Of a stretch of 64,000 nucleotides of DNA, positions 9,505 to 19,345 are shown piece after piece. Source of the DNA: Candidatus Lustribacter sp. (GTDB lineage Bacteria > Vulcanimicrobiota > Vulcanimicrobiia > Vulcanimicrobiales > Vulcanimicrobiaceae); the NCBI GenBank assembly GCA_965277805.1, contig OZ255842.1, forward strand, positions 1,664,001 to 1,728,000. The letters are read 5' to 3'. The position numbers and the translations under genes were made by a program. Within the stretch, counting starts at the first letter, position 1, and each line of letters opens with the position of its first letter. The notes beneath the pieces are model-generated. The model saw only the letters and a program-made list of their open reading frames with translations, had not been told where the DNA came from and ran no database searches.

Positions 9505-10862
9505 GCCGTCACCGCCGCGATCAGCGCCGCGAGATCCGCCGCTTTCGGCAGATCCGATACGGCCTTGCGCAGAGCGCCGGTTCGTCCGGCCAGCACCGGT
9601 TCCACCAGCGCTTCGGCCTTGGCGTTGAGCTCCGCATCGGTCAACGGCCGCTCGAGACTGCCGCGCGCATGCGTCGTAATCTCTTCGATCGTCGTGCCGT
9701 CGGCGAGGCCCACGCTCACGCGCGCCGAGGCACGCGGCATCGCCTCATCCGGCTCGAGCCGCACGCGTGCGCGCAACGCCGCCACGTCCGGCGTGATCAC
9801 GAGCGCATCGTCGTATTGCGCGAGCCCGACCTTGCCGTCGCGCAGCCCCATCGTCACGCCGTGCACGGCGCTGAAGCGGGCCTGCAATCCGTCGCCGGGC
9901 GTCAGGTTCCCCATCAGCTCCGGCACCAGCGGATTGCACTGCACGACGACGCTTTCGATGGCGGACGCATTACCGATCCGCGACGCGATCGCGACCGCGG
10001 CGTCGATCGCCGGATGCGCGACGATGCCGCACGGATAGGGCTTGTAGGTGTTTTTCGCGAGCTCGAAGTTCGCGTGCAGGTCCAGGTCCAGCGCTCCGAT
10101 GCGGTGCGTGGTCGCGAGCGCGTCGGCAAATCCGCCCGGCGCTTCGAGCGCGTCTTCGGGCGAGGTGAAGCCGCGCGCCGCTAACGTTGCGGCGAGCAAT
10201 CCGTTGGCGGCGGCCTTGCCCGCATGATACGCCTTCGTCATGCGGCCGAACGCCTCGCGCTGGCCGACCGTACTGGATACGGCGATGCCGATCGTGCGAG
10301 CCGTTGCGCGGGCGTCGAGTCCCAACAGCGCCGCGGCGGCGACGGCCGCGCCGATCGTGCCGCACGTTCCGGTAATGTGCCAGCCGTCGTCGTAGTGTTC
10401 GGGGGAAATCGCGACGCCCAGCCGCAGTTGAATCTCGCAGCCAAGCACGAACGCACGCATCGCTGCCGCACCATCGGGTGCCGTCGACGGCGCGAGCGCC
10501 AGCAACGTTGCGGCGATGGCGGCGGCCGGATGGATCACCGTGGCCAGATGCGTGTCGTCGTAGTCGTCAACGTGCGCGGCGAACCCGTTACCGAGCGCGG
10601 CGAAGTGCGCGTCCGCGCGCACCGAGCGGCCCACCACCGGCGCAACCGCAGCGCCGCCGGTTTCGCGCGCTACGCGCAAGATCGCATCGAGTCCGGGATG
10701 GCGGCTCGCGCCGATCGCCACTGCCAGCACGTTGAAGAGCGAACGCTTCGCTTCGTGCAAGACGCTATCGGGCAAATCGGCGAGCGCAAACGCAACGATC
10801 GCAGCACTGAGATCACGCGTTACCGGCGGGTGGGCAACGGCTGTCGTACCGGGAGTACTCAT
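9501..10862 (-). CDS. MmgE/PrpD family protein
   Basis: AHVDDYDDTH..IHP, GWHITGTCG, KAYHAG, KPYPCG..HP. Confidence 0.92.
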   Translation of the reverse strand: MSTPGTTAVAHPPVTRDLSAAIVAFALADLPDSVLHEAKRSLFNVLAVAIGASRHPGLDAILRVARETGGAAVAPVVGRSVRADAHFAALGNGFAAHVDDYDDTHLATVIHPAAAIAATLLALAPSTAPDGAAAMRAFVLGCEIQLRLGVAISPEHYDDGWHITGTCGTIGAAVAAAALLGLDARATARTIGIAVSSTVGQREAFGRMTKAYHAGKAAANGLLAATLAARGFTSPEDALEAPGGFADALATTHRIGALDLDLHANFELAKNTYKPYPCGIVAHPAIDAAVAIASRIGNASAIESVVVQCNPLVPELMGNLTPGDGLQARFSAVHGVTMGLRDGKVGLAQYDDALVITPDVAALRARVRLEPDEAMPRASARVSVGLADGTTIEEITTHARGSLERPLTDAELNAKAEALVEPVLAGRTGALRKAVSDLPKAADLAALIAAVTA

Positions 10863-10889
10863 CGCGATTGCGCTTCGCGGCAGCGCCCG

Positions 10890-11867
10890 CTACGACCCCG
10901 TCGCGTGCTGGAGGAACAGCGAGACCAGCGCGACCGCCGCCCACAGCACGAACCCCAGCGCCAGCGGCCGCGGTCCGCTGCGCGCCAGCCGGGCGATGTC
11001 GGTCTGGACGCCGATCGCGGCGAGCGCCGAGGCGATCAAGAACGTCGAGAGCTGCGTGATGCGGGAATGCCACGCGGCGGGAACGGCACCGCTGGTATTG
11101 ATGCAAGCGGCCACGACGAACCAGCCGATGAACCAGGGCACGACCTTGCGCCACGGCACCCGAACGCCTTTGTCGCGTTGCGTGCGCGCGTGCGTGATCG
11201 CGACCAGCGCCACGACCGGCAAGATGAACGCCGCGCGTGCGAGCTTGACGATCGTCGCGTGTTCGCCCGCTTGCGTGCCGTACGCGTAGCCGGCCGCGAC
11301 GACCGATGACGTGTCGTTGATCGCGGTCCCCGCCCAGACGCCGAACTGACTCTGCGTGAGATGCATCAGGTTGCCGAGCGCCGGGAACGTCAGCACGGCT
11401 ACGATATTGTAGAAAAAAATAACGGCGATGCCGAGCGCGACGTCCGTTTCTTCCGGCTCGATCACCGAAGCCACAGCCGCAATCGCCGATGCACCGCATA
11501 TCGCCGTACCGACGCCGATCAAGTGCTGCAAGACGGCATCGATGTTCAGCATGCGGCCCACGATCGGCGCCAGCACCAGCGCCACGGCGATCGTGCCGAT
11601 CGTGACCGGGAGCGTCTCCCACCCCGTTTGCACCACGACCGCGAGCGAGAGCCCGAATCCCGACACCACGATTGCCGACTGCAGCACGTACTTTCCGGCA
11701 AACGCGAAGCCGCGGTTCAGCGCGCCGGGGAGCGGCAAGGTCTGACGCAGCACGATGCCGAGCACGATGGCGAGCACGGGTGCCCCGATCAACGGCAGAC
11801 CGCGCGCGGCTAGAGTCGCCAGCAGCGCGAGGGCGCCGGCGACGAGGAAGCCGGGCAGAATCGGCAC
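10890..11867 (-). CDS. YeiH/UPF0324 putative sulfate exporter
   Basis: GTAICGASAIAA, WAGTAINDTSSV, VKLAR, VPWFI. Confidence 0.92.
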   Translation of the reverse strand: MPILPGFLVAGALALLATLAARGLPLIGAPVLAIVLGIVLRQTLPLPGALNRGFAFAGKYVLQSAIVVSGFGLSLAVVVQTGWETLPVTIGTIAVALVLAPIVGRMLNIDAVLQHLIGVGTAICGASAIAAVASVIEPEETDVALGIAVIFFYNIVAVLTFPALGNLMHLTQSQFGVWAGTAINDTSSVVAAGYAYGTQAGEHATIVKLARAAFILPVVALVAITHARTQRDKGVRVPWRKVVPWFIGWFVVAACINTSGAVPAAWHSRITQLSTFLIASALAAIGVQTDIARLARSGPRPLALGFVLWAAVALVSLFLQHATGS

Positions 11868-11873
11868 CGTCCG

Positions 11874-11879
11874 AGTATA
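11874..11879 (-). promoter_or_regulatory. Putative -10 box (TATACT) 6 nt upstream of the yeiH-like GTG, suggesting a leaderless mRNA
   Basis: Minus strand reads TATACT-cggacg-GTG; no obvious RBS. Confidence 0.45.
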
Positions 11880-11947
11880 GAGAGCGGTTGGCGAGAATAC
11901 CCGCCGCACCGCGGGCCAAGGGCTCAAAAACCGGGAAGACCATCGCT

Positions 11948-12193
11948 ATGAACGACCAGCAGCGCCCGAAGCCGGCAAGCCTCGACTACGAAAAGATCGA
12001 GGCCGATCTCGATCCCGCCCAGCGCGCCGAACTGGCCGCCCTACGGGCGCAGGTCGAGCACGAGTTCCCCAACGGCGAGCAGGTCCGCGGCCACGTCAAC
12101 GCCCTGCGCACGACGGAGGCGCGCATCGCCAACTGGTTCGATAATCCGGAGACGCAGCGCTGGCTGATGGCCATCACGGACGCGGGACTCTAG
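11948..12193 (+). CDS. Small helical hypothetical protein (DUF4404-like C-terminus)
   Basis: ATG at 11948 after GGGAAG; ends ITDAGL. Confidence 0.55.
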   Translation: MNDQQRPKPASLDYEKIEADLDPAQRAELAALRAQVEHEFPNGEQVRGHVNALRTTEARIANWFDNPETQRWLMAITDAGL

Positions 12194-12723
12194 TTCCCCG
12201 GACCGCGTGAGGGGATGGCCGGGATTGCCGTGCGGCGCGGTAAGGGGCTGCCGGTATCGGCCGGCCGCGGCGCCGGCGTCGCGGGCGCCGGTGACGGCGT
12301 GAAGATGACGGTCGGCGTTGCCGACGGAGCACTTGGGTCGAAGGGCGCCGGCGTCTTCAGGTCGACCGCCGGCGGGACGTCGAGCGCGACGATGCGCGTG
12401 TGCGGATCGTATTCCGCTGCGCCACCGAACGCGCGGGCGACATCCGCCAACGGTAAATACGCGACGCCGTCGCGCCCGAACGGCGCCACCGGCAACGTGC
12501 CGCTCACGCCGTCGCACTCGAAGGCATCCGACCCGATGCGAAACGTGCACGTCCGGCCCTCGCGCACGAGCGTGATCGTATCGCCGTCGACGGCTGCGCG
12601 CTGGGTGAAGTGCGTGACGACGGGCGCCACCGGCGCCATCACGTGCCCGAACAGGAGCTGCGCCGGCGGAGCGCTAGCGAGGATCGTGCCGTTCAGGATG
12701 ACGATCACCGCCGCCGGGTTCAT
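12190..12723 (-). CDS. Copper amine oxidase N-terminal (stalk) domain protein with Pro-rich tail
   Basis: FRIGS..LPVAPF.RDGVAYLPL..VARAFG..AEYD pattern. Confidence 0.75.
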   Translation of the reverse strand: MNPAAVIVILNGTILASAPPAQLLFGHVMAPVAPVVTHFTQRAAVDGDTITLVREGRTCTFRIGSDAFECDGVSGTLPVAPFGRDGVAYLPLADVARAFGGAAEYDPHTRIVALDVPPAVDLKTPAPFDPSAPSATPTVIFTPSPAPATPAPRPADTGSPLPRRTAIPAIPSRGPGN

Positions 12724-12743
12724 GCGTGCCTAACTCCCTTCGG

Positions 12744-13565
12744 ATGCTGGTGGATGTCTTCCGCACGGCCGCCGTGCAGTTTTCCGCCGCCGGAGCAGCG
12801 TTTCTGGCACAGGCGATCGCGTTCAACGTCTTCTTTGCCGCTATACCGCTCTCGCTCGTGATCGTTGCGATGTTCGGCTACATCTTCGGTAGCGACGCCG
12901 GCGACTTGCGGGCGCTGGACACCATCGATCAGATCGCACCCCAATTCTACGACTTGGTGTCTGAGAATATCCAGTCGGTCGTCCGCTATCGGGGCGTTTC
13001 AGGGATCGTGGGCTTGCTCGGTTTGATCTGGTCGGCAAAAAACGTGTTCGGGGCCGTGTCCTACGGCCTCGATCGCTCGCTCGGACTGCGCAGCCGGCAC
13101 TTCATCTACGAGATCCTCATCGCGGTCGTGCTCGTGCCGATCCTAGGCCTGGTCCTGATCGTGGCAACCGCGGGCCCGCTCGCCATCACGTACATCGAAC
13201 GCTTCACCGGCCTCGAGTACCTGCGCTACGGTCCGCAGATCGGTTCGTACTCGTTTTCGCTCGCGTTCGTCTTCGTGCTTGCGCTGCTGGTGTACACCTA
13301 CTTGCCCAACCGTCCCGCGCACCCGGTATCGTCGATTCCCGGCGCGCTCGTTACGGCGATCGGCTACTCGCTCGCTCAAGTTGCATTCGGCATTTACACC
13401 GCGCACGCCAACGTCTTCCAGATCTACGGCACGCTCTCGGCCATCTTCGCGTTGATGCTGTGGGTGTATTACATGTGCTTGATCTTTCTCTATGGCGCTC
13501 ACGTGAGCGCGGCCTGGGAGACGCGTCACCTCGATCCTGGCGGTCCCGCGTCGAGCTCGGGATGA
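12744..13565 (+). CDS. YihY/BrkB family membrane protein
   Basis: AQAIAFNVFFAAIP, YTYLPN, IYGTL, LWVY..IFLYGA. Confidence 0.9.
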   Translation: MLVDVFRTAAVQFSAAGAAFLAQAIAFNVFFAAIPLSLVIVAMFGYIFGSDAGDLRALDTIDQIAPQFYDLVSENIQSVVRYRGVSGIVGLLGLIWSAKNVFGAVSYGLDRSLGLRSRHFIYEILIAVVLVPILGLVLIVATAGPLAITYIERFTGLEYLRYGPQIGSYSFSLAFVFVLALLVYTYLPNRPAHPVSSIPGALVTAIGYSLAQVAFGIYTAHANVFQIYGTLSAIFALMLWVYYMCLIFLYGAHVSAAWETRHLDPGGPASSSG

Positions 13566-13580
13566 CACGCCGAGGGCATC

Positions 13581-14522
13581 GTGGAATCTGCTAAGGTGCG
13601 CCTATCCTTGCTCGCCGTTTTTGCATGTCTCTCCGTGTTCCTGACGGCGGCGACACCCGCGTTCACCATCGTCCCATCGGTGATCGTCTATCCGCTGGCG
13701 AGCTCGCCGGAACTTGACCGCGAGGCAAGCGCGCGCATCGTGACGACCCTGGCGACTCAGATCGCGCAAGGGGGTGGGATCAAGATCATCCCATCGACCG
13801 TGGGCATCGACCGCAACAAGTACCTCTCCGATGCGCGGTCTCAGGGCGCGAACTACTACGTGACCGGATTCATGACGCCGCTCGGCAACGGCGCGTCGGT
13901 CGTGGAACAAGTGGTGAGCACCACCTCCGGAACGCTGGTTTTCAGCGTGACGAATTACATCACCAACCTGGCCGACATCGCGAATCAGGGCGATCAGCTG
14001 CGCGCGGGAATTCTCGAGCGCGCCCAGCGCGGCATCCAGGCCTTCGCCGCGCCGCCGCCCGCCGAAGACACGCCCGCGCCGCAAGCCAGCGGAGCCGATG
14101 TCAACGTGAACAAGCTCTTCCAACGCAAGAAGGGCAGCCCGGCAGCGACCATTGCGCTGGCGCCGCCCGCCGACACGACGCTCGCCATTCTGACCGTCGG
14201 CGGATCGTCCGACTTCGATCAGCGCAGTGCGGCCGCGAAGGCGCTGGCCGCTGCGTTCGAACATGCCGGCCGGCACGCCGTGATCTCCGACGCCGGCACG
14301 CCCGCTCCCGCCGTGTGCACGATATCGAAAGCAGCCGTGATCGTCGGCGCCTGGCTCGACACGCCGCCGCCGAACGCGGCCGCCGCAGACTCGACGCTCC
14401 GCTTGATCGCCTACGATTGTAACGGCAACGTGGCGTTCGATCGCACGTTCAAAGAGCCGCTGGCGGCGATAACGGATGCCGCCGTAGGCGCCTACCTCAA
14501 TCCGCCGAAGCGGCGCGCCTAA
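13581..14522 (+). CDS. Exported hypothetical protein (two alpha/beta domains)
   Basis: Signal peptide, coding-like codon usage, no motif recognised. Confidence 0.65.
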   Translation: MESAKVRLSLLAVFACLSVFLTAATPAFTIVPSVIVYPLASSPELDREASARIVTTLATQIAQGGGIKIIPSTVGIDRNKYLSDARSQGANYYVTGFMTPLGNGASVVEQVVSTTSGTLVFSVTNYITNLADIANQGDQLRAGILERAQRGIQAFAAPPPAEDTPAPQASGADVNVNKLFQRKKGSPAATIALAPPADTTLAILTVGGSSDFDQRSAAAKALAAAFEHAGRHAVISDAGTPAPAVCTISKAAVIVGAWLDTPPPNAAAADSTLRLIAYDCNGNVAFDRTFKEPLAAITDAAVGAYLNPPKRRA

Positions 14523-15121
14523 GCTTCGTCGGCCGCCGAGGGGTCGAGCAAGCCCGCGGGTACGGTCACGCGGATCTCTTTGCGTGTAACGTCGACGCTC
14601 GCGATGAACGCCGCGATGAGCGGCAGCAGCGCGCGTGCGGCGCCGATCACGAGAAGATCCTGGTTTGGATAGTGCAAGACGTCGACGACGACGCCGCGCT
14701 CGATCCCCGCTTCATCGAGTAGGCGGCAACCGACCAAGTCTTCATCGAAGTACTCGCCCGCATTGAGCGGCGCATCTTCGCGCGCGATGATGAGCTGCGC
14801 GCCGACGAGCGCTTCCGCGGCGTTCGCATCGTCGATCCCGGCGATGCGGATCAGCGGCCGGTCTTTTTGGCGGCGCACGGCCGCAATCGTTACCGCGCGC
14901 GTCGTGCCGTCGGGCAAGCGCAACGAGGCCTCGAGTCCGGGCCGCACGGCATCATCGCCGATGCGTGAGGCATCGAGCTTTAACTCGCCGCGCAATCCGA
15001 AAACGCCGGCAATACGGCCGGCGTTCAGATCACTTCTTTTTGGCAGTCTTCTTCTTCGCGGCCGGCGTCTTCTTCGCGGCCGTCTTTTTCTTCGCTGGCG
15101 TTTTCTTTTTCGGCGCGGCAT
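14519..15121 (-). CDS. rimM: 16S rRNA processing protein RimM (start uncertain)
   Basis: GRIAGVFGLRGELK, EYFDEDLVG, LLPLI..VD; position after rpsP-khpA. Confidence 0.9.
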   Translation of the reverse strand: MPRRKRKRQRRKRRPRRRRRPRRRRLPKRSDLNAGRIAGVFGLRGELKLDASRIGDDAVRPGLEASLRLPDGTTRAVTIAAVRRQKDRPLIRIAGIDDANAAEALVGAQLIIAREDAPLNAGEYFDEDLVGCRLLDEAGIERGVVVDVLHYPNQDLLVIGAARALLPLIAAFIASVDVTRKEIRVTVPAGLLDPSAADEA

Positions 15122-15731
15122 CGGGCGCTTCCGCAACCGCATCCACGTCCTCGCCGGCTTCGGCTTCGGCTTCGGTTTCGGTTTCGGCGGCCGACGTGTC
15201 GCCGGCGTGTTCTAGATCGGCCTCGTGTTGGTCGTCGTCTTCGACGTCGACGATATCGATCGTCACCTTGCCTTCGGCGCTGGCGCGAACGATGGTGCGC
15301 AGCGCTTGCGCGACGCGGCCGCCCTTGCCGATGACCTTTCCGAAATCTTCGGGGTGCACTTCGAGTTCGATGATCGGTCCGCGCGCGCCGTCGACGACGG
15401 CGACGATGACGTCATCGGGTTGCGAGACGAGGCGTTTCGCGAGGAACGTCAGCAGTTCGACGGCGCGTGCTTGCGCGACGGCGGGATCGCCGGCCGGACG
15501 CGGTCCGTGATCGCGGTCGCGATACGGCCGGCGCTCGCCGCCGCCCGTCCGGGAATCGCTGCCGGCACTACCGGCACGGCGCCGGGCGGGACGCTCGTCC
15601 TCGGGTTCGATGTCGTCGCTGAACGATTCGTTCGTGGCGATCTGACGCGCTCCGAGGGTCGATTTCCGTTCTTCTTCCGGCGTCGCTTCGTCGTCGCCGA
15701 ACAACCCGAATTCGTCGTCGAACGCGGACAC
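15030..15731 (-). CDS. khpA: KH-domain RNA-binding protein KhpA with long disordered extensions
   Basis: LEVHPEDFGKVIGKGGRVAQALRT; lies between rpsP and rimM. Confidence 0.88.
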   Translation of the reverse strand: MSAFDDEFGLFGDDEATPEEERKSTLGARQIATNESFSDDIEPEDERPARRRAGSAGSDSRTGGGERRPYRDRDHGPRPAGDPAVAQARAVELLTFLAKRLVSQPDDVIVAVVDGARGPIIELEVHPEDFGKVIGKGGRVAQALRTIVRASAEGKVTIDIVDVEDDDQHEADLEHAGDTSAAETETEAEAEAGEDVDAVAEAPDAAPKKKTPAKKKTAAKKTPAAKKKTAKKK

Positions 15732-15734
15732 CGG

Positions 15735-16034
15735 CTACTCGGCCGCCGCTGCGGGAGCGGCCGGTGCGGCCTTCTTCGGATAGATCGGGGCCTTTTCACA
15801 CAGGCCGAGTTCGGCCAGGAGACGGCGGACGGGATCGGAGGGCTGGGCGCCCTTGGCGAGCCACGCTTTGGCCTTCTCTTCGTTGATCACGACGGTCTTC
15901 GGTTCCGTGCGCGGGTTGTAGTGACCGAGGATCTCGATGAACGCTCCGTCGCGCGGCGACTTCGAATCGCAAACGACGAATCGATACGTCGGCTGCTTCT
16001 TTGCGCCCATACGGCGCAGGCGGATTTTGACCAT
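15735..16034 (-). CDS. rpsP: 30S ribosomal protein S16
   Basis: [35 protein letters not shown]. Confidence 0.98.
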   Translation of the reverse strand: MVKIRLRRMGAKKQPTYRFVVCDSKSPRDGAFIEILGHYNPRTEPKTVVINEEKAKAWLAKGAQPSDPVRRLLAELGLCEKAPIYPKKAAPAAPAAAAE

Positions 16035-16054
16035 GATGCTTTCTGTCTGTCTTT

Positions 16055-17377
16055 CTAACGTGGAAGTGCCGGCATACGAAACCGGCCCCGCTTCCCGCCG
16101 CCCATCTGTTTCATGAGCGTACGCGAAGCTTCGAATTGCTTCACCAAACGGTTGACGTCGGCAACTTGCATGCCGCTGCCCGCGGCGATGCGTTTGCGAC
16201 GCGAACCGTTGAGGATATCGGGACGCGCGCGCTCGCGCCGGGTCATCGAGCAGATGATCGCTTCGACGCGCTTGACGTCGCCCTCGTCGATATCGACGTT
16301 GGGCATCGCCTTGGAGAGTCCGGGAATCATCTTCATGATGTCGTTCATCGAGCCCATTTTGCGCACTTGTCGCAACTGGTCGAGGAAGTCGTCGAGGGTG
16401 AAGTCGTTCTTGCGCAGTTTTTGCGCGAGATCTTTGGCCTGCTCTTCCGAATAGACGCTTTGCGTTTTCTCGATGAGCGTGAGCACGTCGCCCATCCCGA
16501 GGATGCGCGAGGCCAGACGGTCGGGATAAAACGGTTCGAGCGCCGCCAGCTTTTCGCCGACGCCGACGAACTTTATCGGCGCGCCCGTGATCTTGTGGAT
16601 TGAGAGCGCCGCACCGCCGCGCGCATCGCCGTCCATCTTGGTGAGAATCACGCCCGTGATCCCGAGGCGGTCGTTGAAGCCCTTGGCGACGCTGGTCGCT
16701 TCTTGACCGGTCATCGCATCGGCGACGAAGAGGATCTCGATCGGCTTCACCGCGGCCTTGATCGCGGCGAGCTCGTCCATGAGCTTCTCGTCGATCTGCA
16801 GCCGGCCGGCCGTGTCGATGATGACGGTCGGAATGCCGAGCCGGCGCGCTTCCGCAACGCCGTCGCGCGCGATCTTGACCGGATCGCCCGTGCCTTGATC
16901 GTAGACCGGCAGATCGATTTGCTTGCCGAGCGTCTTGAGCTGATCGATCGCGGCCGGACGGTAGACGTCGGCAGCGACGAGCAGCGTGCGGCGGCCTTGT
17001 TCTTTCAAGCGCAGCGCAAGCTTGCCGGTCTGCGTCGTCTTACCGGAACCTTGCAGACCGACCATCATGTAGACCGTCGGCGGTGCATCGGAAAACTGCA
17101 GCCGCGCTTCGGCACCGCCGAGCAGCGTGACGAGCTCGTCGTGCACGATCTTGATGACCGACTGGCCGGGCGTGAGCGAAGCCAGCACGTCGGCGCCGAC
17201 CGCGCGTTCCTTGATCGCGTTGACGAAGTCTTTCGCCACCGCGAGGTTGACGTCGGCTTCGAGCAGCGCGATGCGCACTTCGCGCAATACCTCAGCGACG
17301 TCCGTCTCGGAGAGACGGCCGCGATTCGACAACCGGTCGAAGATGGCGCCTAAGCGCTCGCTGAGGGCTTCAAGCAT
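16055..17377 (-). CDS. ffh: Signal recognition particle protein
   Basis: [31 protein letters not shown], Met-rich M domain. Confidence 0.98.
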   Translation of the reverse strand: MLEALSERLGAIFDRLSNRGRLSETDVAEVLREVRIALLEADVNLAVAKDFVNAIKERAVGADVLASLTPGQSVIKIVHDELVTLLGGAEARLQFSDAPPTVYMMVGLQGSGKTTQTGKLALRLKEQGRRTLLVAADVYRPAAIDQLKTLGKQIDLPVYDQGTGDPVKIARDGVAEARRLGIPTVIIDTAGRLQIDEKLMDELAAIKAAVKPIEILFVADAMTGQEATSVAKGFNDRLGITGVILTKMDGDARGGAALSIHKITGAPIKFVGVGEKLAALEPFYPDRLASRILGMGDVLTLIEKTQSVYSEEQAKDLAQKLRKNDFTLDDFLDQLRQVRKMGSMNDIMKMIPGLSKAMPNVDIDEGDVKRVEAIICSMTRRERARPDILNGSRRKRIAAGSGMQVADVNRLVKQFEASRTLMKQMGGGKRGRFRMPALPR

Positions 17378-17622
17378 TAGGCGCTGGCAGCACTCGCGTC
17401 GATTTTCGCAACGGCGTCGCCGACCGTCTTGATCTTCTCGGCTTCTTCGTCGGGAATGTCGATGCCGAACTCGGTCTCGAACGCCATGACCAGCTCGACC
17501 TGATCGAGCGAGTCCGCACCGAGATCTTCCGTGATCGACGCTTCGGGCGTGACTTCGTTATCTTCGACGCCGAGCTGCTCGACGATGATCTTCTTGACGC
17601 GGTCGAAAGTATCGCTTGCCAT
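17377..17622 (-). CDS. acpP: Acyl carrier protein
   Basis: [22 protein letters not shown]. Confidence 0.97.
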   Translation of the reverse strand: MASDTFDRVKKIIVEQLGVEDNEVTPEASITEDLGADSLDQVELVMAFETEFGIDIPDEEAEKIKTVGDAVAKIDASAASA

Positions 17623-17651
17623 GTGACTCCTATGTGTTCCTTGAGATGAGA

Positions 17652-18398
17652 CTAATGCATCAGGTAGCCGCCGTCGACCACGATCGTTTGACCGGTGACG
17701 TAACGGGCAGCATCGGAAGCAAGAAAAGTGACGACACCGGCGACATCGTCGGGGTTCCCCGGCCGGCCGAGCGCGATGCCTTCGAGGAACCCCTTGCGCG
17801 CGGCTTCGGGGAGTTCGGCAGTCATCGCGGTTTCGATCAGGCCCGGGGCCACGGCGTTCACCCGAACGTTCCGCGACCCAAGTTCCTTCGCCAACGACCG
17901 GGTTAAACCAAGTAACCCGGCTTTGGTCGCAGCATAGATGCTCTGGCCGGGGTTCCCGCCGATCCCGACGATCGAAGAAACGACCACGATCACGCCCCCG
18001 CGCTGCTTCACCATCGGCTTGGCGACGGCGGCGCTCAGGTAGAACGCCGACTTCAGGTTGACATCGATCAGCCGGTCGAGGTCGCTTGCCTTGAGGCGCA
18101 GGATCAGTCCATCTTGCGACTGGCCGGCATTGGCGACCGCGACGTCGATCCGGCCGAGCTCGGCCAGGACCGCGGCTACACCAGCATCGACGGCCGCCTG
18201 ATCTGCGACGTCGACCGAATGGCAACTCACCCGCGTTTGCGGGCCGCCGGCCGCTTGCGCTTCGGCGGCCGTTTCCGCCAGCGCCGCCTGATCGCGGCCG
18301 AACAGCGCGACGTCGTGACCGTGCACCGCGAGGTCGACCGCGATCGCCCGGCCGATACCGCGCGAGGCGCCGGTAATGAGCGCGACCCGGTCGCTCAC
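17652..18398 (-). CDS. fabG: 3-oxoacyl-ACP reductase
   Basis: [26 protein letters not shown]; fab operon context. Confidence 0.95.
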   Translation of the reverse strand: MSDRVALITGASRGIGRAIAVDLAVHGHDVALFGRDQAALAETAAEAQAAGGPQTRVSCHSVDVADQAAVDAGVAAVLAELGRIDVAVANAGQSQDGLILRLKASDLDRLIDVNLKSAFYLSAAVAKPMVKQRGGVIVVVSSIVGIGGNPGQSIYAATKAGLLGLTRSLAKELGSRNVRVNAVAPGLIETAMTAELPEAARKGFLEGIALGRPGNPDDVAGVVTFLASDAARYVTGQTIVVDGGYLMH

Positions 18399-19345
18399 GG
18401 TGCGTTCCCGGCCGGCCCGAGTTGCGCGCGGAGTTTCTCGACGCCGGCAACGTCGCCGACGTGGATCGCCTTCGGTGCGCCTGCGACGCGCTTCATCATC
18501 GGAGCGAGCACCGGGCTCGCGCCGAACTCGACGATCAGGTCGATGCCGGTCGCGATCATCGCGACGGCCGCTTCGTGCCAGCGCACTTCGTCGGTGACCG
18601 AACGGATCAAGTTGGCTTTGATCTGCTCGATGCTGGTATACGGTTTGGCATCGACATTCGAAATGACGGTGAAGCGCGGCATGAGCAGCGTCGCGCCGGC
18701 GATGTGTTTGGCGAATTCCACTTGCGCGGGTTCCATCAGCGCCGAATGCCACGCTCCGCTGACGTTGAGCGGGATAACGCGCTTCGCACCCGCTTCGAGC
18801 GCGAGCTCCCCGGCTACGCGCACGGCACCCTCGTCACCGCTGATGACGACTTGACCCGGCTGATTGAAGTTCGCGAGTTGTACCCGTCCGGCACCGCGGT
18901 CGATGGTGGCCGCGACGGCCGTGCGCAACAGGCCATCGTCGAGCCCGAGCACGGCCGCCATCGCGCCGCGCGATTCCTGAGCCGCGCGATGCATGGCGAG
19001 CCCGCGCTGGTTGACGAGCGCGAGCGCCGCTTCGAAAGTCAGCGATCCGGCCAGCGTGAGGCTGCAATATTCGGCAAACGAGTGCGCGGCGCTCACGACC
19101 GGCGCCAGCACGTCGCCGACGGCTGCGGCGAGCGCGAGATTCGTAACGAAGATCGCCGGCTGGCTGTAGCGCGTCTCGCGCAGTTTGTCTTCGTCGCCCT
19201 CGGCGCAGAGCGCGAGGAGATCGTAGCCCAGCACGGACTTCGCGCTATTGTAGAGCGCCGCGGCCGCCGGATACGTTGCGGCGACGTCCGTGCCCATGCC
19301 CGGCGTTTGCGAACCCTGACCGGGAAAGACGACGGCGATGCGCAT
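18395..19345 (-). CDS. fabD: Malonyl-CoA:ACP transacylase
   Basis: FPGQGSQ, QPAI, AHSFAEY (GHSxGE variant), VSGAWHS. Confidence 0.95.
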   Translation of the reverse strand: MRIAVVFPGQGSQTPGMGTDVAATYPAAAALYNSAKSVLGYDLLALCAEGDEDKLRETRYSQPAIFVTNLALAAAVGDVLAPVVSAAHSFAEYCSLTLAGSLTFEAALALVNQRGLAMHRAAQESRGAMAAVLGLDDGLLRTAVAATIDRGAGRVQLANFNQPGQVVISGDEGAVRVAGELALEAGAKRVIPLNVSGAWHSALMEPAQVEFAKHIAGATLLMPRFTVISNVDAKPYTSIEQIKANLIRSVTDEVRWHEAAVAMIATGIDLIVEFGASPVLAPMMKRVAGAPKAIHVGDVAGVEKLRAQLGPAGNAP

